Source: an uncultured Nitrospiraceae bacterium
GTDB lineage: Bacteria; Nitrospirota; Nitrospiria; Nitrospirales; Nitrospiraceae
DNA length: 64,000 bases
Direction: 5' to 3'
Assembly: GCA_963839785.1 (NCBI GenBank)
Contig: CAWIWD010000007.1
Span: forward strand, 1,643 to 65,642
Shown: piece by piece, positions 11,774-25,778 of the stretch
Position numbering within the stretch: the first letter of the stretch is position 1
Layout: each line of letters opens with the position of its first letter
Translations under genes and position numbers: made by a program
Notes under the pieces: generated by a model
Database searches by the model: none
What the model was told of the DNA's origin: nothing
What the model saw: the letters and a program-made list of their open reading frames with translations, nothing else

Positions 11774-12408
11774 TCAGGCTCGTACAAATGAATTCGTCTC
11801 GCGTTCCCTTCCGATTTCCGTGTCGGCTCCATGTCCGGTCACCACGGCTGTCTGTCCATGTCGAGCGTGTACAGGCGTTCTTTGATGGATTGCTCGATGG
11901 CATCGAAATCGCCGCCCCATAAGTCGGTGCGACCGATTCCGCCACGAAACAATGTGTCCCCGGCCAGCACCAGCTTGGCCGAGGGAAAATGAAAACACAT
12001 GGAGCCCAGGTGTATGGCCCGGCGTGTGCAACGCCATCCGCGTCCATGTCGCCGATCTTCAGCCGTTCCTCATCGGTGAGCCAGTAATCCGGCGGAGGCG
12101 CCGGCACATAGGGCACGCCGAACATGCTGGCATTGCGTCTCCAAGAGGTCCCAGAGTGGGAGATCATCAGGATGCAGACAAAGCGCCGCGCCGGTCGCCT
12201 GCTTGATCGCGCCGGAGGCGAGAAAATGATCGAAGTGCGCATGGGTATGCAGAATGCTGACGACCGTCAGGCCCAACGCGCGCACCTCCTGCAGAATACG
12301 CTCGGGCGCCCCGCCCGGATCCACCACGATCGCCTGTTTGGTCACCGGATCCCCGATAATCGAACAATTACACCCGAGTGGCGGCACTGAAAACGTTTTT
12401 CTGATCAC
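11774..12408 (-). CDS. MBL-fold metallo-hydrolase (glyoxalase II-like), frameshifted
   Basis: THAHFDH, HTPGHTPG, GDTLF and GHG motifs across frames; GTG start after GAGGAG. Confidence 0.88.
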
Positions 12409-12458
12409 GCTCCTCCTCAAAGGCACAGTTGATCACAATCACATCCCTTTGTTCCCGG

Positions 12459-13119
12459 TTAGCGAGGCTCCATGGGGCTGCGGTCGGTTTGAGCCACCCA
12501 GACCACCTCGGTGTCCTTCAGCTCCCAGACGGCCTGGCGACGCTGGAACCAGAGCAGAAAACCCGCCCCCGTTCCATCGCGGCGAGGATTCGCCACATAC
12601 AGCAGCGCCTGGTCTCCGCGGAACGTCCGCCCCACCCGAGAGAAGCCAGCCGGTCGATCGTGTCTAGCTCGCTTTCCAGGTCCTGAACCGGCCAAGCGAC
12701 TGGAATGACGGCAATCGCCGCCTCGGTCTCCGGCACGCCCTCCCCGGACACGAACCGGTAGCGAACACCAAAAGAAAATCTAGCCATCCAGTCGCGACGG
12801 ATGTTGGTTCCTGACGACAAAATCACGTATGAGATCCTGCGGCAATCGATTGTCAAACCAGTCCTGCTCGGTGAACCAGGTTACCGTGGGCGCGACCTGC
12901 TGGTCAGGAAGAAGTCGCGTCGTGGTCATCCGTTCGAGGATGACCAATCCGGTCTGCGAGGTGAGGAACTTCGCATCGACCGCCGCATCGTAGAACGAGA
13001 TACTCATCGGCGGGTACAGATCCAACCTGCTCCGGCGGTTCCCCAGCGCCCATCGCGTATGACAGCGGGTGAAGCAGCGCCATACTCATAGCAATGACAC
13101 TCGCGAGCCAGGACCACAT
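12459..13119 (-). CDS. Hypothetical exported protein (frameshifted)
   Basis: Signal-like MWSWLASVIAMSMALL...; coherent protein stitched from ORFs 12780..13025, 12518..12856 and 12459..12695. Confidence 0.55.
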
Positions 13120-13228
13120 GACGACAGAATAGCCGCTTGCTTCACCCTGGTCAAACCGTCGGTCACGCGATTGAGGATGGACAAGGGGGGCCGAACTCTG
13201 ATAATCCTCTGGCGGTGTTACCCAAACT

Positions 13229-13980
13229 ATGATCAAGGCCTTCCAGCGATCGCTCGCCCCCCTGTTCAGCCTCGCAATACTATCGTGGTGTGTCGGATGC
13301 GCACCGGACGAGTCTCCGTTTCGACAGGAGAACGAAAGCCTGCGCAAGCAACTCGCCAAGCAGGAGTCGGTCATGAATTCGCTGCAAGACGGCAACAAGG
13401 TCATGCAGCAGCAGATCGATCTGCTCAATCAGGAGCTGCGAGATGCCAGGAAACAGACGGAACATGCGCAGGCGGAAGCGAAAGCGCTGCAGGGAGGCCA
13501 AGGCGCTCGGCACGAAACTCGAATCCCAATGGCCGAATCGAAAAAGCTGTCGGGAGAAATTCAACGCACCGCCGCCAAGGCAGCCCAAGCCACGGACAAT
13601 ATTCGCGTGGAGGAAAAGGCCTCGCAGGTGGAGGATCTGCCGCGCCCGTTGGCCGCCGTCGGAAAAGCCGCGGAGGAGGCTCTGGCGCGGAACGGATACC
13701 ATGTGAGGGTCAGCGTCAAGACCGAGCAAAAAGCCGTCTTCGTGACGGAACGCAAAGTGTCTACTCCGGCCTCGCTGGAAATGTCGGGATTCCGCAATCA
13801 ATATGTCGTATCGCTCCACGCCTTGCCTCGAACGTCACCCGGTTGAGCGTCAAGGCGGACTTTGAAAAGCTGGTCCAGGGCGGACGGGTCTCGCCGGTGA
13901 ATGCCGAGGAAACGGCCGACATCGAACGCCGGCTCATCGCTGAAATCGGAAAAGCCCTTTCCTCCCCGAGTAAGTTATGA
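13229..13980 (+). CDS. Hypothetical coiled-coil lipoprotein (frameshifted)
   Basis: Lipobox-like CVGC, coiled-coil N-terminal half; C-terminus in the frame ending at 13980 overlaps the next ATG (ATGA). Confidence 0.65.
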
Positions 13981-14930
13981 GGCTCCGGGCGCTCGAGCCT
14001 GGTCGAGAGCGGCATCTCTTATCGCCCGATGACACATCTTCGTCACTCCTGTTCCTTACTTTCACTGGGCACGATCACCGCCCTCTCTGCGCCCCGGCGC
14101 GCGCCCAAGTCCGCCCCCACGCCGGAGTTGGCCGCGCATCTCGCATCGATCACCGGCCTGGCCGTCAGCTCGCCGACCATCCGTATCCCTGAAGGGACGT
14201 TCCTGTTGGGCAGCGTGCGCGTGGATGACGATCCCTATGGCAAGGAAACGCAATTCGACGATACCGAGCTTCCGCAGCACCGCGTGTGGCTCGACAGCGT
14301 ACGAGATCGACCGCGACGAAGTCAGCCTTGCCGAATATCTGGCGTATCTTCACGCACGAAACTTCATCCCTCGGTGGAATTGCAGAAGCTGATCTGGCAC
14401 GTCATTACGGTCCATTCCGTTCAGGACGAGACCCTGGCGCAATGGCCGGCGCTCTACGTCACATGGAAAGAAGCCGACGGCCTTTGTCGTTCGCAGGAAA
14501 ACGGCTCCCGACTGAAGCGGAGTGGGAAAAAGCCGCCCGAGGACCGGACGGTAATCTGTTTCCCTGGGGGCAGCAGCTGCCGGACAGCACGTTGGCCATG
14601 TTCGGACAACACCATGTGCATGAAATCCCAATCCTCGCCGCCGTCGGCAGCGGAGAGGCGGGCAAGAGCTACTACGGAGCGCATCACATGGCGGGAAACG
14701 TCGCCGAATGGGTGAACGACTGGTTCGGCTTCGACTATTACGCCTACATGCCGGAACGCAATCCGCCCGGGCCGACCAGCGGCCGCTACAAAAGCCTGCG
14801 CGGCGGGTCATGGAAGAGCAACCGAATCATGTTGAGAACGGCCACCCGTAGCGGTGCGCCTTCACATCAACGTTCCGCCACCGTCGGTTTCCGTTGCGCC
14901 AAGTCGGTGCCTGCTCCAGCCGAGCGATAA
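13977..14930 (+). CDS. Formylglycine-generating-enzyme-fold (SUMF1/PvdO/NirV-like) protein, frameshifted
   Basis: [51 protein letters not shown]. Confidence 0.88.
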
Positions 14931-16042
14931 TAGGCCGCGCCTCCTGAAAACTTTTGACTAAGCACAGGTCGGAGACGGCCAGGCATTCCAAGCCAAACGG
15001 CAGATAGCCGGCATAGCCCAGCGCGGCATATGGAACAATTCAAACCGGTGCACGAACGGCACGGCATATTCCCAGTGGGCCAGGCTGTAGAAATTCCACA
15101 ACTCCCAAAAGAATCCGCAGATCAACGCTCCTAATGCACGGTCCACGGCAGGCCCCAATCGTCTGACGGGCATAGTCGAATACGGTCGGCTCCTGTCGAA
15201 TCATTGCAGTGCCGTAATGAGAAGCAGTGGAGCCACCCACACGAAAAAAAACAGGTAGTCGGGCCACAGACCGAGACCCAAGAGACTTGCGGAGCACGCA
15301 AACAATCCCCATCCCCAGGCCACTCGATCTGCGATCGCGCCGACCGGCTCAGGATTGGCACTACCCCCTGTAGACGGAATGGTACTCAACGATTCAGCTG
15401 TCCCGAGTACCGCTGGCAGGACAGTCGAAAAGGAAGCGTGGCTTGCCAGAGGTATTCCCACGCAGTCAATTCCCGTCCGCCCAAGTAGTACCAGTTTTGT
15501 ACGAAACGATTGAGATATTCGAAGGACCACCAGAAGGAGCGCTGAGCGGAAAAAGGGAAAGAAAATACCGGGGACGGTGCAGCATCATGCAACGGCCGAT
15601 GCGCCGGAAGGTCAGAGCATTGACCATGACGATGTAGCCCAGCCACAGCGGCGTAAACGTCAGCCCTTGAATCGAGTCCATCCAGTCGAGCCTGCTCCAA
15701 GCTAACGACCAAGCCAGCAAAGTCCAGCCGATCGCAACCCAACCCCACCAAGGGAATCGCTTCATCGGCAATCCGGTACCCATACCGTGTCATTCGCAAC
15801 ATCGTGGCGAAGAACGGGACCAACGTCGCCACGACGAGCCCAGCCGCTGCGATGAAGACGGCCCACGAAAATGGTTCATGAGTGACTGAGTGCGTCATCG
15901 GCGGAAATTCCAGATAAGGGTGGATCGCTCGCCCAGCGACCATCACGCCGAGGAGCGGCAGCGTGACAATCGCCGCCAGAACCCACGCGATCGTCACTCC
16001 GTGAGTGAAGGAAGCTTTAGACATGTGTTCACTCTGCAGCAT
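14931..16042 (-). CDS. Multi-pass membrane protein of unknown function (frameshifted; 3' end approximate)
   Basis: Many hydrophobic segments; FWWSFEYLN...NWYY and FFWELWNFYS...WEY motifs; ends near MP.LGYAGYLPFGLEC. Confidence 0.65.
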
Positions 16043-16269
16043 CCGTGGTTCCAGAATGAGTCAGGAGTTAATTTTCAGGGACAAAAAGTCCCGCCGGGAC
16101 AAGATGCGCGTCACAGGTGATCGATATCGGGTTGTCTGGCTTCGAGAATTGGATCACTAAGCAGTGAAAAGCATAACGAATCTGCCGATTGGAGTCATCG
16201 ATCCAGCTCTAGGCTCATTGCTTGAATAAATACTCAATGTTTGTTGATTTCCCGCCAAAGGAGGATGAC

Positions 16270-16563
16270 ATGATCAAGTCTCTCTTACTGGCCGGCTTGC
16301 TCATCCTGCCGGGGTTCACGACCGGTCTCATAGCCCCGACAGAAAGCTTGGCCTCGCTCGCCTACACTCGCGTAAGCATTGAATCGGTTGACACAGCCAC
16401 TTCAAGTCTGACATTTAAGACGACCGAAGGCCAAGTCTGGACTCTGCAAGCCACATCGGCTGAAATCCTACAGGGATTACACAAAGGAGATACCTGCAGC
16501 GTGGAGATTGATCTGGACAACCGAGTGACCAAGATCGTCAAGGTCGATGCCACCTCTCCATAA
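16270..16563 (+). CDS. Small exported beta-rich (OB-fold-like) hypothetical protein
   Basis: AAGGAGG RBS; signal peptide; SIESVD...LTFKT...GLHKGDTCSVEI pattern. Confidence 0.65.
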   Translation: MIKSLLLAGLLILPGFTTGLIAPTESLASLAYTRVSIESVDTATSSLTFKTTEGQVWTLQATSAEILQGLHKGDTCSVEIDLDNRVTKIVKVDATSP

Positions 16564-16615
16564 GAAAACCAAGCAGGCAGAGTCTTATATAGCAACCCCA
16601 CATTTTTGATTTTTC

Positions 16616-17119
16616 ATGAGGTGTCGCATGTCTAAATTGCCTATCATGTTCCTCGCAGCCTTCACGGCCATGATCATGCTGAGTGGACCCGTCCAATCCC
16701 AGACGAGCTCGCCTCCCATTGAAGAGGGCGCAAAGGTGACGCTTGAAATGACGATCAGCGTGCCCAATGACCATCTCGTCATCCCCCCTCACACCAGCGA
16801 ATACACGCATGGGGCGAAACAACTGATACCAGGCTTGGAACAAGCCCTCGTGGGATTGCATGTTGGAGAAAAGAAACGAGTTGAACTCGATGCGGACCAC
16901 GCCTTCGGACAATACGATGCCACGAAGAAAACCACCATTCCCCGCGCTCAACTACCGCAAACCATTACAGCGGGAGAAATAACGACGACCCCTGAGGGCC
17001 GGCCTTTTACCGTTCTATCCTTGGCGGATGATTCGGCGGTGATCGACTTCAATCATCCACTCGCCGGGAAACAGATAGTGTTGGATGTCGTCGTGCTCAA
17101 AGTGAAGCCGAGGGCATAA
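16616..17119 (+). CDS. FKBP-type peptidyl-prolyl isomerase (SlyD/SlpA-like) with signal peptide
   Basis: HG..QLIPGLEQALVGL, AFGQYD, IDFNHPLAGK; no His-rich tail. Confidence 0.9.
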   Translation: MRCRMSKLPIMFLAAFTAMIMLSGPVQSQTSSPPIEEGAKVTLEMTISVPNDHLVIPPHTSEYTHGAKQLIPGLEQALVGLHVGEKKRVELDADHAFGQYDATKKTTIPRAQLPQTITAGEITTTPEGRPFTVLSLADDSAVIDFNHPLAGKQIVLDVVVLKVKPRA

Positions 17120-17134
17120 GCCAGTCACCCTCCA

Positions 17135-17171
17135 GACTGGGTAGATCCCGTCACCATAGTTCTACCCAGTC
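17135..17171. terminator. Inverted repeat between convergent genes (possible terminator)
   Basis: GACTGGGTAGA-15 nt-TCTACCCAGTC perfect 11 bp inverted repeat 15 nt after the FKBP stop; weak U-tract. Confidence 0.4.
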
Positions 17172-17320
17172 GCCTCTCCTGTTTCTGCCTCTGGTCAACA
17201 CCGATATCTACGTGTGAGGCAGCTTAATCGACCGCACAGGCTCGCAATGTTGTCGGCCGTGGCAGTAGTGGAGAGCCCCTGTTTCGCATAAGGCTCAGCC
17301 CATACGCTCGCCTGTGAGTC

Positions 17321-17764
17321 CTACATCCGCCCTTCATCAATTTCAATGATATCCACCCAGGTCTGTGCGGTAGGCAGCGACGTCACCGGCACTCCGCGCT
17401 TCGTGGCGATGGCTTGGACTCGTCCTTCGAAGCGTTGCCTCGCGGCATCGTCTTTCGGGCCTCCGGTGAGAAGGCCCTGCGACCATTGCGCGAGTTCTTC
17501 GTCGGAGTGCTGGCGACCGTTGGCCTTCACCCAGGCCAGCAAGGCCTCATCACTTCCACCCGCCAACACCTGCTGCTCGAAAGCCTTCACATCGATCTGC
17601 AGAAAATCGATCAGGTACTTATCGAATCCGACCGTGATGTAGTTGTAGTCCTGAATCTTGCCCGCGTGCCGCAGGCGAACCTTGTCGATAAACCGCCCGA
17701 GATGGGCAATGCCGCCGAGGAGGGCTTTGGGGCTGCGGGGATACTGTTGAGGAGACATAAACAC
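17321..17764 (-). CDS. DUF5069 domain protein
   Basis: PRSP..LLGG..HLGRFIDK.RL...G...DY and terminal IEIDEGR, recognised from family pattern. Confidence 0.75.
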   Translation of the reverse strand: MFMSPQQYPRSPKALLGGIAHLGRFIDKVRLRHAGKIQDYNYITVGFDKYLIDFLQIDVKAFEQQVLAGGSDEALLAWVKANGRQHSDEELAQWSQGLLTGGPKDDAARQRFEGRVQAIATKRGVPVTSLPTAQTWVDIIEIDEGRM

Positions 17765-17774
17765 ATTGTCCTTC

Positions 17775-18169
17775 TTAGGGATAAATGACTTTCAATCCGA
17801 GCACATCTTCAAACGGATCGTAATCACGATCATTGTGGAGCAGGCTGTGCCCCTCCATCAGGCAAAATGTCGCAATGAGGGAATCGATTGTCTTTCGAAC
17901 TGTTCGCCCAGCGGCACGAAGCCGCCGATAGTTCAGCGCTGCCTCGACAGCGATTTCAACCGTCCCTGTCTCGAAAACTGCAAAATTCAGCAACTCCTCC
18001 TGAACCACCTCAAACTGCTTGTACTGGTGATCCCCTGTAATACTTCGCATAAGATCAAATCGGTGAGACCGAGGCGTTCTCTTGCCAGCTGAGAGTCCAG
18101 CCAGTCAGCATGAGAAGTGCGTGTTCCTCGCAGGTAATCCACCCATACTGTCGTATCGACAATTGTCAT
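17775..18169 (-). CDS. vapC: VapC PIN-domain toxin (frameshift near 18030)
   Basis: IVDTTVWVD, EVLQG, RKTIDSLIA, LLHNDRDY; ATGA overlap with the antitoxin stop. Confidence 0.88.
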
Positions 18170-18375
18170 GAAGCAGCCTTGATCCGACCTTCCCGCATCG
18201 CACCGAGATTTCCTTCCCACTCAACCTTGCCACGTAAACGGCGAATGCCTTCCTGGCCCTTCACTTTTATCAATAATCGAAGGCCCTCCTCCACCACGGC
18301 TTTCTTGGTGGGGAGCCCGGTCGCCTTCATTGCCTGCCGCATGAGGCCATTGTCGATCACAATGTTGGTACGCAT
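18166..18375 (-). CDS. vapB: VapB-family antitoxin
   Basis: MRTNIVID..LM..AM...G..TKKAVVEEGL ribbon-helix-helix pattern; GGAGG RBS; upstream of PIN gene. Confidence 0.9.
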   Translation of the reverse strand: MRTNIVIDNGLMRQAMKATGLPTKKAVVEEGLRLLIKVKGQEGIRRLRGKVEWEGNLGAMREGRIKAAS

Positions 18376-18389
18376 AGAGCCTCCGAGCG

Positions 18390-18423
18390 GATGTGTATAA
18401 AATAAAAATATTACACACACATC
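18390..18423. promoter_or_regulatory. Probable vapBC autoregulatory operator
   Basis: GATGTGT-20 nt AT-rich-ACACATC inverted repeat just upstream of the vapB RBS. Confidence 0.55.
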
Positions 18424-18811
18424 TGAAGGAAGCAAGCGATGATAAAGTTTCGTCAGTAGCGGCTGGGAAAGACGAATCGACCATTTAGAAGGATGGAGTC
18501 CGATAAATTCCTCATCAATCAAACTGGAAAAACTCCTGAATTAAATTTCTAGCTAAGTGAGCGACGAGTCCTGATTTTGACCGTGGGTTAGGCCCCCTAT
18601 TTACAAACTGCTCAGTTCGTGCTCCTGCGGCCTGAGGAGCAACCCGATTGCCTGGACGCCACGACCATTTAATTCCTTCTCCGTGAGGCGAAAGCTCAAA
18701 ACAATGCATAAGCTTACCGAACTTTCGCGCTCGGAAAGCTTGTAGATCTCATGTGATCCTAAGTCAAGAGGCCTGGCGAGAGCGGGCAGTTCGTCCCCCG
18801 TCAAGCAAGTG

Positions 18812-19256
18812 TCAAATTGAATAGTCCAGTTTCGGACGCTTCCAAACCAAATCGTGCGCTAAGACCAGGAGTAGGTCCCTCCGTTCCGTGATCTCGCGTA
18901 TTGAGGCAAACAGCAGACTATTCCAAGTGTTGATAGCTGCGCAGGTATGTGCCGGCGGGTATGTAAGCGAATGGCAGTTCGGACACAGAACCTCAAGTAA
19001 GTTTGCCTGTGATATTCTTGCCGCCGAAATATATTCAGACGATATGGTGATTCCAAGTGACGTACAGCCGCCAATGTATCGAGCGTGGATTCGGATTATG
19101 AGACAGCCATCGCAGCAGGACAAACGCACGATATGCGTCGGGAGCAAGCGGCTCACGAATCGCCTGCATTCAAGCAGAATAACCACCGCGGCGCTTCGGC
19201 TGCAATGAGTTCGTTTAGGTCTCGTTCAGCTAATCTCTAAGTCTGGTTGTAGTCAT
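18812..19256 (-). pseudogene. Decayed or badly sequenced HNH endonuclease gene
   Basis: Adjacent frames read LE/HHIV*IYFGGKNITG and NLLEVLCPNCHSLT; a Cys-rich stretch lies upstream; many indels and stops. Confidence 0.6.
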
Positions 19257-19384
19257 TGAATAACGCACAAGCGGTGGATAACATACAATTGCCTAAAGCG
19301 AAGCAAAACGTACTTCCTAGAAGGATTGAATGTCAGACCCAGTCGAGAAATATAGAGCAGCATAAGGTGGGACACTTTTGATTT

Positions 19385-19508
19385 CAGCGGCTCAAGAATC
19401 CTATCAGCCAGGCCGCAGCGAGCGGAAACCGAGGCATACCGCACGTTATGGGTACGTTGAGGTTTGAGTGAAGCGAGAACGAAGTTGGAAGCCGTTTTCA
19501 GCGGCCTG
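19385..19508. repeat. Short TIR-bounded intergenic repeat, copy 1 (GTAC-hairpin family)
   Basis: Minus strand ...CTCAACGTACC...GGTATGCCTC...CGCTGCGGCCTGGCTG...TTGAGCCGCTG aligns by eye with the copies at 29669 and 52373; contains the gltD stop codon. Confidence 0.7.
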
Positions 19509-20931
19509 TCTTGGCCGACTTATTGGCTTGCAGATACTTATCCACGCCCGCCGCCATCTTGCGCCCTTCGGCGATGGCCCAGACGATAAGCGAGGCGCCG
19601 CGCTTGGTGTCGCCGCCGGCAAAGACGCCGTCGAGGTTGGTCATGAAGTTCTCATTGACGGTCACGCACCCGCGGGCATCGTAATTGACGCCCAGGCTGT
19701 CGAGAAAACCATTGCGCACCGGCCCCGTGAATCCCATGGCAAGCAGCACGAGATCCGCATCCAGCTCAAATTCCGTATTCGGCATCGGGAGGAACTTACC
19801 GCCTTCGAACTTGACCCGGTTGGCATGCAGCTTGGTCACGTGACCGTTATGGCCAGTGAATTTGGTGGTGGACACGCTCCACTGCCGGTCACAGCCTTCT
19901 TCATGCGAATGGGATGTCCGGAGTTGCATCGGCCAGAGCGGCCACGGAGTCGAGTCCGCGCGTGAGGGCGGAGGCTCAGGCAGCACTTCAAACTGATGGG
20001 CTTCAGTGCAACCCTGACGATGCGCGGTCCCCAGACAGTCGGACCCCGTGTCGCCGCCGCCGATGATGATCACACGTTTGCCCTTGGCGGTAATCGGTTC
20101 GTCGGAAACGGAAATGCCCGCCGTGCGTTTGTTTTGCTGGGTGAGGTATTCCATGGCGAAATGAATGCCCTTGAGCTCCCGCCCCGGCACGGGCAGATCG
20201 CGCGCCATCTCGGCACCCATCGTCAGCCCGACCGCATCGAATTGCTGGCGCAACTGATCGCCGGTGATATCTTGTCCGACGGTGACGCCGCACTTGAATT
20301 CGACACCCTCGGCTCTCATCTGTTCCAGCCGCCGATCGATGACCCACTTTTCCATTTTGAAATCGGGAATGCCATAGCGCAGCAGCCCGCCGATACGGTC
20401 GCCCTTTTCAAACACCGTGACCTGATGGCCGGCACGTGCCAATTGCTGCGCGGCGGCGAGACCCGCCGGTCCTGACCCGATGATCGCGACCGTTTTTCCC
20501 GTCTTTCTGACCGGCATCGCCGGTTCGACCAGGCCTTCGTTGAAGCCGCGGTCGATGATGTTCCATTCGAGCACACGGATCGACACGGGATCACTGTTGA
20601 TGCCCAGCACGCAAGCTCCCTCGCAGGGCGCGGGGCAGAGGCGACCGGTGAACTCCGGAAAGTTATTCGTGGTGTGCAGCGCCTTGAGCGCATCTTTCCA
20701 GCGTCCGCGATAGACGAGATCGTTCCACTCCGGGATCAAATTGACGACGGGACAGCCGGTATTACCCTGGCAAAACGGCACACCGCAGTCCATGCAGCGG
20801 GCGCCTTGGATCTTGAGCTTATCCTCAGGGATCGGCTCATACATTTCTTTCCAATCGAGCACGCGCAGCTCGACCGGTTTCCGTTTCGGTCCCTCGCGCG
20901 CGTATTTCAAAAACCCCTTTGGATCACCCAT
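19498..20931 (-). CDS. gltD: Glutamate synthase small subunit
   Basis: RCMDCGVPFC...CP, GSGPAGL, GGGDTGSDC, RGASLIVWAIAEGR. Confidence 0.98.
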   Translation of the reverse strand: MGDPKGFLKYAREGPKRKPVELRVLDWKEMYEPIPEDKLKIQGARCMDCGVPFCQGNTGCPVVNLIPEWNDLVYRGRWKDALKALHTTNNFPEFTGRLCPAPCEGACVLGINSDPVSIRVLEWNIIDRGFNEGLVEPAMPVRKTGKTVAIIGSGPAGLAAAQQLARAGHQVTVFEKGDRIGGLLRYGIPDFKMEKWVIDRRLEQMRAEGVEFKCGVTVGQDITGDQLRQQFDAVGLTMGAEMARDLPVPGRELKGIHFAMEYLTQQNKRTAGISVSDEPITAKGKRVIIIGGGDTGSDCLGTAHRQGCTEAHQFEVLPEPPPSRADSTPWPLWPMQLRTSHSHEEGCDRQWSVSTTKFTGHNGHVTKLHANRVKFEGGKFLPMPNTEFELDADLVLLAMGFTGPVRNGFLDSLGVNYDARGCVTVNENFMTNLDGVFAGGDTKRGASLIVWAIAEGRKMAAGVDKYLQANKSAKTGR

Positions 20932-21018
20932 CGCTATTCGTCTCTCGTCGTTCGTCTCGCGTATCTCGCTACGGACTTTCGGTCACGCTCTGGATGAGCA
21001 GCGTTTCACGCTTCACGC
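20932..21018. repeat. Degenerate 7-nt tandem repeats in the gltB-gltD spacer
   Basis: Minus strand GCGTGAA GCGTGAA ACG... GCGAGAT ACGCGAG ACGAACG ACGAGAG ACGAATA GCG-ATG. Confidence 0.55.
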
Positions 21019-25540
<4,522 letters not shown>

Positions 25541-25666
25541 GGCACGTATTCTCGTCTAGTAGGCAGGCAATGACCCGGGGAACAGATTCCCCACAGGGGG
25601 ACGTTCAAGCTGGCAAACGACCACGGTGACTGCTACCACTGATTGGGGGAAATAAAATGAGAAGTC

Positions 25667-25696
25667 ACCTTACTGGATGGGCCGTGAAACTGTCAA
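25667..25696 (-). promoter_or_regulatory. Candidate sigma70 promoter of gltBD
   Basis: TTGACA-18 nt-TAAGGT on the minus strand about 125 nt upstream of the gltB ATG. Confidence 0.45.
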
Positions 25697-25778
25697 GAGA
25701 ACGGCGATCGCAAATGAAGCGACAATCCATCGACCTGCGCTTGACTTAGTAGCAGTTTCCTGCCCTACTATCCGCTCC

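Noticed and set aside
13977-14930. FGE/C-type-lectin-fold gene as a diversity-generating retroelement target
   Set aside because: No reverse transcriptase, template repeat or adenine-variant copy of the 3' end was seen in the window.
25541-25666. Glutamine riboswitch in the gltB leader
   Set aside because: Only a small GGGGAA/TTCCCC hairpin is present; I could not match the glnA motif consensus by eye. An Rfam scan would settle it.
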